Shown here: in pieces, positions 55,971 through 64,000 of the stretch | How the letters are laid out: the number at the start of each line of letters is the position of its first letter | Position numbering within the stretch: position 1 is the first letter of the stretch | NCBI RefSeq assembly: GCF_003790525.1 | Contig: NZ_CP033635.1 | Reading direction: 5' to 3' (one strand) | Source of the DNA: Escherichia coli | GTDB taxonomy: Bacteria; Pseudomonadota; Gammaproteobacteria; Enterobacterales; Enterobacteriaceae | DNA: 64,000 bases | Program-made: the position numbers and the translations under genes | The notes under the pieces: generated by a model | What the model saw: only the letters and a program-made list of their open reading frames with translations | Told to the model about the DNA's origin: nothing | Database searches by the model: none

Positions 55971-56030
55971 AACACAGCGGGCAGTGATGCAACTGCCCGT
56001 TATCAACACGACTTACCAGCGGGGAAAGCG

Positions 56031-56348
56031 ATGATCGTGCAAAAAGAGCTGGTTGCTATTTACGATTATGAGGTCCCTGTACCTGAAGATCCGTTTTCCT
56101 TCAGACTTGAGATCCATAAATGCTCTGAATTATTTACAGGTTCCGTCTATCGACTGGAGCGATTCCGGCTACGTCCAACATTTCATCAACGTGATCGAGA
56201 AGATGCTGACCCGCTAATAAATGATGCGTTGATTTATATAAGAGATGAGTGTATTGATGAGCGGAAATTACGAGGTGAATCACCTGAAACTGTAATAGCA
56301 ATTTTTAATCGTGAACTACAGAATATATTCAACCAAGAAATAGAATAA
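56031..56348 (+). CDS. yehK: Small uncharacterized protein YehK (105 aa)
   Basis: 105-aa ORF with no recognizable domain, followed by an intrinsic terminator. Confidence 0.7.
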   Translation: MIVQKELVAIYDYEVPVPEDPFSFRLEIHKCSELFTGSVYRLERFRLRPTFHQRDREDADPLINDALIYIRDECIDERKLRGESPETVIAIFNRELQNIFNQEIE

Positions 56349-56516
56349 TATACTCTAAATAATTCAAATTGGTCCGATCCGGCGCAACGTCCCAATGGCC
56401 TGGATTATAAATCTCATTATCTTAATTGCAACGGGGTCCAGCCGTGGTTATAATTCGTTCGTTGGAACACGATGTTGCACAGGCTGTGGTGTTAGGCCTG
56501 AAAATAGTAAATAAAA

Positions 56517-56546
56517 GAACCTGCCTCACCAGCAGGTTTTTTTATT
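56517..56546 (+). terminator. Intrinsic terminator downstream of yehK
   Basis: CCTGC-CTCACCA-GCAGG followed by TTTTTTT. Confidence 0.75.
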
Positions 56547-56654
56547 TACTGTGATCTGCTTTCCAGATATTTTTCGCTCAAACAACTAATGCGCCAAACA
56601 TTTATTGCGCGTAAAATATCGTTTATTTCATTAATACATTTCAGGGATGAATAT

Positions 56655-57743
56655 ATGTCACCGCAGAATAATCATCTGCAGCGTCCGCCTGCTGCTGTGT
56701 TATACGCCGATGAACTGGCAAAATTAAAACAAAATGATAACGCACCTTGCCCGCCCGGTTGGCAGTTAAGTTTGCCTGCGGCCCGTGCTTTTATCCTTGG
56801 CGACGAAGCGCAAAATATCAGCCGTAAAGTGGTGATTAGCCCCTCCGCTGTCGAACGTATGTTAGTCACTCTTGCTACCGGCCGCGGTTTGATGTTGGTG
56901 GGGGAACCGGGTACCGCAAAATCTCTTCTTTCTGAATTACTGGCAACCGCTATTAGCGGCGATGCCGGGTTAACCATCCAGGGCGGGGCATCTACCACCG
57001 AAGATCAAATCAAGTATGGCTGGAACTACGCCCTGCTTATCAATCATGGTCCGTCAACGGAAGCGCTGGTCCCTGCCCCGCTTTATCAGGAAATGCGCGA
57101 CGGCAAAATCGTCCGTTTCGAAGAGATAACGCGTACACCGCTGGAAGTGCAGGACTGTCTGTTAGGTATGCTTTCTGACAGGGTGATGACGGTGCCGGAA
57201 CTCACTGGTGAAGCCAGTCAGCTCTATGCGCGAGAAGGCTTTAATATTATTGCCACTGCCAATACCCGCGATCGCGGCGTCAATGAAATGAGTGCTGCGC
57301 TAAAGCGTCGCTTCGATTTTGAAACGGTTTTTCCGATTATGGATTTCGCCCAGGAGTTGGAACTGGTCGCCAGTGCTTCGGCGCGTTTGCTGGCCCATAG
57401 CGGTATTCCGCATAAAGTGCCTGACGCGGTACTGGAATTACTGGTCCGCACCTTCCGCGATCTGCGTGCCAACGGCGAAAAGAAAACGTCAATGGATACA
57501 CTGACAGCGATTATGTCCACCGCTGAAGCCGTGAACGTGGCCCATGCTGTGGGCGTCCGCGCCTGGTTTTTAGCGAATCGCGCGGGGGAGCCTGCCGACC
57601 TGGTGGAATGTATTGCCGGAACCATCGTCAAAGATAACGAAGAAGATCGCGCGCGTCTGCGCCGTTACTTCGAACAGCGTGTCGCCACACATAAAGAAGC
57701 TCACTGGCAGGCTTATTATCAAGCCCGCCACCGCCTGCCGTGA
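56655..57743 (+). CDS. yehL: MoxR-like AAA+ ATPase YehL (362 aa)
   Basis: ORF 56589-57743 trimmed to ATG at 56655 (MSPQNNHLQRP...); Walker A GEPGTAKS, Walker B-like FNIIATAN. Confidence 0.85.
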   Translation: MSPQNNHLQRPPAAVLYADELAKLKQNDNAPCPPGWQLSLPAARAFILGDEAQNISRKVVISPSAVERMLVTLATGRGLMLVGEPGTAKSLLSELLATAISGDAGLTIQGGASTTEDQIKYGWNYALLINHGPSTEALVPAPLYQEMRDGKIVRFEEITRTPLEVQDCLLGMLSDRVMTVPELTGEASQLYAREGFNIIATANTRDRGVNEMSAALKRRFDFETVFPIMDFAQELELVASASARLLAHSGIPHKVPDAVLELLVRTFRDLRANGEKKTSMDTLTAIMSTAEAVNVAHAVGVRAWFLANRAGEPADLVECIAGTIVKDNEEDRARLRRYFEQRVATHKEAHWQAYYQARHRLP

Positions 57744-57753
57744 GGAAAGATGC

Positions 57754-60033
57754 ATGAGCGAGCCGTTAATTGTCGGCATCCGGCATCATAGTCCGGCCTG
57801 CGCCCGGCTGGTGAAATCGTTAATCGAAAGCCAGCGGCCACGATACGTGTTGATTGAAGGCCCGGCTGATTTTAATGACCGGGTAGACGAACTGTTTTTA
57901 GCCCACCAGCTTCCGGTAGCTATTTACAGTTATTGCCAGTATCAGGACGGTGCAGCCCCCGGGCGTGGTGCCTGGACGCCATTTGCTGAATTTTCGCCGG
58001 AGTGGCAGGCGCTACAAGCCGCACGTCGCATTCAGGCACAAACTTACTTCATCGATTTGCCTTGCTGGGCGCAGAGTGAAGAAGAGGACGATTCGCCTGA
58101 TACGCAAGATGAAAGCCAGGCCTTACTGCTGCGTGCCACCCGCATGGATAACAGCGATACCCTGTGGGATCACTTGTTCGAAGATGAAAGCCAGCAAACT
58201 GCATTACCCTCTGCGCTGGCGCACTATTTTGCCCAACTGCGGGGCGACGCCTCCGGCGATGCGCTCAATCGTCAGCGCGAAGCCTTTATGGCCCGCTGGA
58301 TTGGATGGGCGATGCAGCAAAATAATGGCGACGTGTTAGTTGTCTGCGGTGGCTGGCACGCTCCGGCACTGGCAAAGATGTGGCGCGAATGCCCTCAGAA
58401 AATTAACAAGCCAGAATTGCCCTCGCTGGCAGATGCCGTTACAGGTTGTTATCTCACACCCTACAGTGAAAAGCGCCTTGATGTGCTGGCAGGATACCTT
58501 TCAGGAATGCCTGCCCCGGTATGGCAAAACTGGTGCTGGCAGTGGGGCTTGCAGAAGGCCGGTGAACAACTGCTAAAAACTATCCTTACCCGTTTGCGCC
58601 AGCACAAATTGCCCGCTTCTACCGCGGATATGGCTGCCGCTCATCTGCATGCGATGGCGCTGGCACAGTTGCGCGGTCATACACTACCGTTACGCACTGA
58701 CTGGCTGGATGCCATAGCAGGCTCGCTGATTAAAGAAGCCCTGAACGCGCCGTTGCCGTGGAGCTATCGCGGCGTTATTCATCCCGATACCGATCCGATT
58801 CTGCTAACGTTGATAGACACATTAGCGGGTGACGGATTCGGTAAACTTGCCCCTTCTACGCCACAACCGCCTCTGCCAAAAGATGTCACCTGCGAACTGG
58901 AACGTACCGCAATCTCCCTTCCGGCGGAGCTTACCTTAAATCGCTTTACCCCCGATGGGCTGGCGCAAAGTCAGGTGTTACATCGGCTGGCAATACTGGA
59001 GATCCCTGGGATTGTACGCCAGCAGGGAAGTACACTGACACTTGCAGGCAACGGTGAAGAACGCTGGAAATTAACCCGCCCGCTTAGCCAGCATGCGGCA
59101 TTGATTGAGGCCGCCTGTTTTGGTGCCACACTCCAGGAAGCCGCACGCAATAAATTAGAAGCCGATATGCTGGACGCGGGCGGAATCGGCAGTATCACCA
59201 CATGTCTTAGCCAGGCGGCGTTAGCGGGTCTGGCGTCCTTCAGTCAACAATTACTGGAGCAACTCACACTATTAATCGCCCAGGAAAATCAATTTGCCGA
59301 AATGGGCCAGGCGCTGGAAGTGCTTTATGCCTTATGGCGGCTGGATGAAATTAGCGGTATGCAAGGCGCGCAGATATTACAAACGACGTTATGCGCGACT
59401 ATCGATCGCACGCTGTGGCTGTGTGAATCTAACGGCAGACCGGATGAAAAGGAGTTTCACGCTCACCTGCATAGCTGGCAAGCGCTTTGCCATATTCTGC
59501 GCGATCTACATAGCGGCGTTAATTTACCCGGCGTTTCTCTTTCTGCGGCGGTAGCCTTACTGGAGCGACGCAGTCAGGCAATTCATGCCCCGGCGCTGGA
59601 TCGCGGCGCGGCTCTTGGCGCACTAATGCGTCTGGAACATCCCAACGCCAGTGCCGAAGCGGCGCTGACGATGCTGGCGCAGTTATCCCCGGCACAATCT
59701 GGTGAGGCGCTGCACGGTTTGCTGGCGCTGGCCCGCCATCAACTGGCCTGTCAGCCGGCATTTATCGCCGGTTTCAGCAGTCATTTAAATCAACTGAGTG
59801 AAGCCGATTTTATTAACGCCCTGCCCGATTTACGCGCGGCGATGGCCTGGCTACCACCACTAGAACGCGGGACGCTGGCGCATCAGGTGCTTGAGCATTA
59901 TCAACTGGCGCAACTTCCCGTTTCGGCGCTGCAAATGCCGTTGCATTGTCCACCACAGGCCATTGCACATCATCAACAACTCGAACAGCAGGCACTGGCA
60001 TCGCTGCAAAACTGGGGAGTTTTCCATGTCTGA
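57754..60033 (+). CDS. yehM: Large uncharacterized protein YehM (759 aa)
   Basis: ORF 57613-60033 trimmed to ATG at 57754 after GAGGAAAG, 10 bp after the yehL stop; no motif I can name. Confidence 0.8.
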   Translation: MSEPLIVGIRHHSPACARLVKSLIESQRPRYVLIEGPADFNDRVDELFLAHQLPVAIYSYCQYQDGAAPGRGAWTPFAEFSPEWQALQAARRIQAQTYFIDLPCWAQSEEEDDSPDTQDESQALLLRATRMDNSDTLWDHLFEDESQQTALPSALAHYFAQLRGDASGDALNRQREAFMARWIGWAMQQNNGDVLVVCGGWHAPALAKMWRECPQKINKPELPSLADAVTGCYLTPYSEKRLDVLAGYLSGMPAPVWQNWCWQWGLQKAGEQLLKTILTRLRQHKLPASTADMAAAHLHAMALAQLRGHTLPLRTDWLDAIAGSLIKEALNAPLPWSYRGVIHPDTDPILLTLIDTLAGDGFGKLAPSTPQPPLPKDVTCELERTAISLPAELTLNRFTPDGLAQSQVLHRLAILEIPGIVRQQGSTLTLAGNGEERWKLTRPLSQHAALIEAACFGATLQEAARNKLEADMLDAGGIGSITTCLSQAALAGLASFSQQLLEQLTLLIAQENQFAEMGQALEVLYALWRLDEISGMQGAQILQTTLCATIDRTLWLCESNGRPDEKEFHAHLHSWQALCHILRDLHSGVNLPGVSLSAAVALLERRSQAIHAPALDRGAALGALMRLEHPNASAEAALTMLAQLSPAQSGEALHGLLALARHQLACQPAFIAGFSSHLNQLSEADFINALPDLRAAMAWLPPLERGTLAHQVLEHYQLAQLPVSALQMPLHCPPQAIAHHQQLEQQALASLQNWGVFHV

Positions 60034-61162
60034 ACTGAACGATCTTCTGACCACCCGTGAGCTACAACGCTGGCGATTAATTCTTGGCGAAGCGGCAGAA
60101 ACGACGCTTTGTGGGCTGGATGACAACGCCCGGCAGATAGACCACGCGCTGGAGTGGCTGTATGGGCGCGATCCTGAACGGCTCCAGCGTGGTGAACGTT
60201 CCGGTGGATTAGGTGGCTCAAATCTCACCACCCCTGAGTGGATCAACAGTATTCACACGCTGTTTCCGCAGCAGGTGATTGAGCGGCTGGAAAGCGATGC
60301 CGTGCTGCGCTACGGCATTGAAGATGTGGTGACGAATCTCGACGTGCTGGAACGTATGCAGCCTTCTGAAAGCCTGCTACGCGCTGTTTTGCACACCAAA
60401 CATCTGATGAACCCCGAAGTACTGGCTGCCGCCCGCCGGATAGTGTGCCAGGTTGTTGAAGAAATTATGGCTCGACTGGCAAAGGAAGTTCGTCAGGCTT
60501 TTTCTGGTGTCCGCGATCGCCGTCGCCGTTCATTTATTCCACTGGCGCGAAACTTTGATTTCAAAAGTACTCTGCGCGCCAACCTGCAACACTGGCACCC
60601 GCAACACGGCAAGTTGTATATCGAATCCCCCCGCTTTAACAGCCGCATTAAACGCCAAAGCGAACAATGGCAACTGGTCTTACTGGTTGATCAAAGCGGA
60701 TCGATGGTTGACTCGGTGATCCACTCTGCGGTGATGGCGGCCTGTTTATGGCAGTTACCCGGCATTCGTACCCATCTGGTGGCGTTTGACACCAGCGTCG
60801 TTGATCTCACGGCAGACGTTGCTGATCCGGTAGAGTTATTAATGAAAGTACAACTGGGCGGCGGGACCAATATCGCCAGTGCCGTGGAGTATGGTCGGCA
60901 ACTTATTGAACAACCAGCAAAAAGCGTCATTATCCTCGTGAGCGATTTCTATGAAGGGGGTTCATCATCATTGCTGACGCATCAGGTGAAAAAGTGTGTC
61001 CAGAGCGGCGTCAAAGTGCTGGGACTGGCGGCGCTCGATAGCACCGCAACACCTTGCTATGACCGCGATATGGCCCAGGCGCTGGTTAATGTCGGCGCAC
61101 AAATAGCTGCCATGACACCGGGCGAACTGGCGGCCTGGCTTGCGGAGAATCTTCAGTCATGA
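60026..61162 (+). CDS. yehP: vWA-domain protein YehP (378 aa)
   Basis: ORF 59891-61162 trimmed to ATG at 60026 (MSELNDLLTT...), overlapping the yehM stop by 8 nt; MIDAS motif LVDQSGSM. Confidence 0.85.
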   Translation: MSELNDLLTTRELQRWRLILGEAAETTLCGLDDNARQIDHALEWLYGRDPERLQRGERSGGLGGSNLTTPEWINSIHTLFPQQVIERLESDAVLRYGIEDVVTNLDVLERMQPSESLLRAVLHTKHLMNPEVLAAARRIVCQVVEEIMARLAKEVRQAFSGVRDRRRRSFIPLARNFDFKSTLRANLQHWHPQHGKLYIESPRFNSRIKRQSEQWQLVLLVDQSGSMVDSVIHSAVMAACLWQLPGIRTHLVAFDTSVVDLTADVADPVELLMKVQLGGGTNIASAVEYGRQLIEQPAKSVIILVSDFYEGGSSSLLTHQVKKCVQSGVKVLGLAALDSTATPCYDRDMAQALVNVGAQIAAMTPGELAAWLAENLQS

Positions 61163-63159
61163 ATTCACTACGTCCGGAATTATTAGAACTGACGCCGCAG
61201 GCCCTGACGGCGTTAAGCAATGCCGGTTTTGTTAAACGCAGTCTTAAGGAACTGGAAAATGGCAACGTCCCGGAAATCAGCCATAAGAACGGCGCTTTAA
61301 TCGCCACCTTCAGTGACGGTGTCCGTACCCAGCTGGCGAACGGTCAGGCACTGAAAGAGGCTCAATGCAGCTGCGGGGCCAACGGTATGTGCCGTCATCG
61401 CGTGATGCTGGTGTTAAGTTATCAACGACTTTGTGCCACCACTCAGTCTACGGAAAAAGAAGAAGAGTGGGATCCGGCAATCTGGCTGGAAGAACTGGCT
61501 ACCCTTCCCGATGCTACCCGCAAACGCGCACAGGCGCTGGTCGCTAAAGGCATCACCATTGAGTTGTTCTGTGCGCCGGGTGAAATTCCCTCTGCCCGCT
61601 TACCGATGAGCGATGTGCGTTTTTATTCCCGCAGCAGTATTCGTTTCGCCCGTTGTGATTGTATTGAAGGCACACTTTGCGAACATGTCGTACTGGCGGT
61701 ACAGGCCTTCGTCGAGGCCAAAGCGCAGCAAGTAGAATTTAACCATTTAATCTGGCAGATGCGCAGCGAACACGTCACATCATCTGACGATCCGTTTGCC
61801 AGCGAAGAAGGCAACGCGTGTCGTCAATATGTTCAGCAATTAAGCCAGACATTATGGCTTGGCGGCATCAGCCAGCCGCTCATCCATTACGAGGCAGCAT
61901 TCAACCGCGCATTGCAGGCGGCAGAGACCTGCAACTGGCGCTGGGTGAGTGAATCGCTACGGCAACTGCGCGCCAGCGTTGATGCCTTCCACGCCCGCGC
62001 CAGCCACTATAATGCCGGAGAATGCTTACATCAGCTTGCGGCATTAAACAGTCGATTAAATTGCGCACAAGAGATGGCCCGGCGCGACAGTATTGGTGAA
62101 GTTCCTCCTGTGCCGTGGCGCACGGTCGTTGGCTCTGGCATTGCCGGAGAAGCAAAGCTTGATCATCTGCGGCTGGTGTCTTTAGGTATGCGTTGCTGGC
62201 AGGATATTGAGCATTATGGTTTACGCATCTGGTTTACCGATCCCGACACCGGCAGTATTTTGCACCTTTCGCGCAGTTGGCCGCGAAGTGAACAGGAAAA
62301 CTCACCGGCAGCTACGCGTCGGCTGTTTAGTTTTCAGGCTGGCGCACTGGCGGGCGGGCAAATTGTTTCACAAGCAGCAAAACGCAGTGCCGATGGCGAG
62401 CTGCTGTTAGCTACCCGCAACCGCTTAAGCAGCGTTGTGCCGCTGTCGCCTGATGCCTGGCAAATGTTGAGCGCGCCGTTACGCCAGCCGGGCATTGTGG
62501 CTTTGCGGGAATATTTACGCCAGCGTCCCCCCGCCTGCATACGGCCTCTTAATCAGGTCGATAACTTATTTATTCTGCCGGTCGCTGAGTGTATTTCGCT
62601 CGGTTGGGACAGCAGCCGCCAGACGCTGGATGCGCAGGTCATTAGCGGCGAAGGGGAAGATAATGTGCTGACGTTATCATTACCAGCCTCAGCCAGCGCA
62701 CCTTATGCCGTTGAACGCATGGCGGCGCTTTTGCAACAAACAGACGACCCCGTGTGTCTGGTTTCTGGCTTTGTCAGTTTTGTTGAAGGGCAATTGACAC
62801 TGGAACCACGGGTGATGATGACAAAAACCCGTGCCTGGGCGCTGGACGCAGAAACTACGCCTGTGGCACCGCTACCTTCTGCCAGCGTTTTGCCTGTGCC
62901 GTCTACTGCTCATCAGTTGCTGATACGCTGCCAGGCGTTACTTATTCAACTGCTCCATAACGGCTGGCACTATCAGGAACAGAGTGCTATTGGTCAGGCA
63001 GAGTTGCTGGCGAATGACCTCACCGCGGTGGGTTTTTATCGGCTGGCACATGTGTTGGGACAATTTCGTAATACAGAAAGCGAGGCACGGGTAGAAGCAA
63101 TGAATAACGGTGTTTTGCTTTGCGAACAATTATTCCCCATGCTTCAGCAACAAGGATGA
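61159..63159 (+). CDS. yehQ: SWIM zinc-finger-like protein YehQ (666-aa ORF)
   Basis: Start overlaps the yehP stop (ATGA); two CxC...CxH motifs (CSCGANGMCRHRV and CDCIEGTLCEHVV) typical of SWIM fingers. Confidence 0.8.
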   Translation: MNSLRPELLELTPQALTALSNAGFVKRSLKELENGNVPEISHKNGALIATFSDGVRTQLANGQALKEAQCSCGANGMCRHRVMLVLSYQRLCATTQSTEKEEEWDPAIWLEELATLPDATRKRAQALVAKGITIELFCAPGEIPSARLPMSDVRFYSRSSIRFARCDCIEGTLCEHVVLAVQAFVEAKAQQVEFNHLIWQMRSEHVTSSDDPFASEEGNACRQYVQQLSQTLWLGGISQPLIHYEAAFNRALQAAETCNWRWVSESLRQLRASVDAFHARASHYNAGECLHQLAALNSRLNCAQEMARRDSIGEVPPVPWRTVVGSGIAGEAKLDHLRLVSLGMRCWQDIEHYGLRIWFTDPDTGSILHLSRSWPRSEQENSPAATRRLFSFQAGALAGGQIVSQAAKRSADGELLLATRNRLSSVVPLSPDAWQMLSAPLRQPGIVALREYLRQRPPACIRPLNQVDNLFILPVAECISLGWDSSRQTLDAQVISGEGEDNVLTLSLPASASAPYAVERMAALLQQTDDPVCLVSGFVSFVEGQLTLEPRVMMTKTRAWALDAETTPVAPLPSASVLPVPSTAHQLLIRCQALLIQLLHNGWHYQEQSAIGQAELLANDLTAVGFYRLAHVLGQFRNTESEARVEAMNNGVLLCEQLFPMLQQQG

Positions 63160-63283
63160 AATAGTGTTTTTTACTAAGAGTTCTACTCCAGTTCCGGACT
63201 GCTCACGCCACGGTATTAGGCATATCCTATATAGCCCCTGGTGAGAGTCACCAGTTCCTTGATTAAATAAAATGGAGTTTTAC

Positions 63284-63745
63284 ATGAAGGCTTTCAATAA
63301 GCTGTTTTCCCTCGTTGTTGCATCTGTTCTGGTTTTCTCTCTTGCTGGCTGCGGTGACAAAGAAGAATCGAAGAAATTCAGCGCCAATCTGAACGGCACT
63401 GAAATTGCCATTACCTATGTCTACAAAGGTGACAAGGTGCTTAAGCAATCTTCTGAAACCAAAATTCAATTTGCCTCCATTGGTGCAACCACCAAAGAAG
63501 ATGCTGCCAAGACACTTGAGCCGTTAAGCGCCAAATACAAAAACATCGCGGGTGTTGAAGAAAAATTAACCTATACCGATACCTACGCGCAGGAAAACGT
63601 GACTATCGATATGGAAAAAGTGGATTTTAAAGCCCTGCAGGGTATTTCAGGAATCAACGTTTCTGCTGAAGATGCCAAAAAAGGTATCACTATGGCGCAA
63701 ATGGAACTGGTGATGAAAGCCGCTGGTTTTAAAGAAGTGAAATAA
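63284..63745 (+). CDS. yehR: Lipoprotein YehR (153 aa)
   Basis: ORF 63272-63745 trimmed to MKAFNKLFSLVVASVLVFSLAGC with lipobox LAGC. Confidence 0.85.
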   Translation: MKAFNKLFSLVVASVLVFSLAGCGDKEESKKFSANLNGTEIAITYVYKGDKVLKQSSETKIQFASIGATTKEDAAKTLEPLSAKYKNIAGVEEKLTYTDTYAQENVTIDMEKVDFKALQGISGINVSAEDAKKGITMAQMELVMKAAGFKEVK

Positions 63746-63749
63746 TCGG

Positions 63750-63786
63750 TTGGCGGTCATGCTCTAAACATGACCGCCAATTTTTT
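63750..63786 (+). terminator. Intrinsic terminator of yehR
   Basis: TTGGCGGTCATG-CTCTAAA-CATGACCGCCAA followed by TTTTTT; overlaps the stop of the convergent yehS ORF. Confidence 0.8.
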
Positions 63787-64000
63787 AGCCTTTTTTCACA
63801 TGCTGGCGCGCTGCCAGTCCACGCAGAAAATAACGTAAAAATTGATCGCCGCATTCGCGGAAGTTTTTATGATCCGGTGCGCGCATCATCGCTGTAATTT
63901 CCGGCATCGAAACGCGGAACTGCTGTTCGGTGAGGATAGCCAGAATGTCATCGGTTTTCAGCGAAAACGCGATGCGTAATTTTTTCAGCACGATGTTGTT
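63785..64000 (-). CDS. yehS: C-terminal part of YehS-like protein (gene continues past window end)
   Basis: Minus-strand frame open from the window edge to the stop at 63785-63787 (...LKKLRIAFSLKTDDILAILTEQQF...). Confidence 0.6.
   Translation of the reverse strand, partial: NNIVLKKLRIAFSLKTDDILAILTEQQFRVSMPEITAMMRAPDHKNFRECGDQFLRYFLRGLAARQHVKKG

Overview
This window is a contiguous Escherichia coli-type chromosomal segment, densely coding on both strands, running from yegK/yegL to the start of yehS. Gene order follows the K-12 yegL-to-yehS region as I remember it, but with clear strain-specific differences, so it is not K-12 itself. In order: (1) a vWA gene (yegL) and the N-terminus of a PP2C-like phosphatase; (2) three tandem Sib/Ibs type I toxin-antitoxin modules, where K-12 has two; (3) the mdtABCD-baeSR efflux/two-component operon with a BaeR box upstream; (4) yegP, yegQ (trhP), the CyaR sRNA, yegR and yegS; (5) a ribitol/D-arabitol (rtl/atl) catabolic island at the position where K-12 carries the gat operon; (6) fbaB, yegTUV-yegW, yegX, thiMD with its TPP riboswitch, and rcnR-rcnAB with tandem RcnR operators; (7) the yehABCDE chaperone-usher fimbrial operon, mrp and metG; (8) two large DUF4132 paralogs (molR and yehI), both disrupted here: molR by an in-frame TGA plus an IS186 insertion with a 10-bp target duplication, yehI by an apparent 1-nt frameshift; (9) the yehK-yehLMPQ cluster (MoxR-like AAA+ ATPase, large unknown protein, vWA protein, SWIM zinc-finger protein), then yehR and partial yehS. 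No CRISPR array, tRNA or rRNA was seen. The best candidate for an undescribed system is the molR/yehI-yehLMPQ neighbourhood, but its function is inference from domain content only. All homology calls come from reading the translations and from memory of E. coli annotation; no database search was run.
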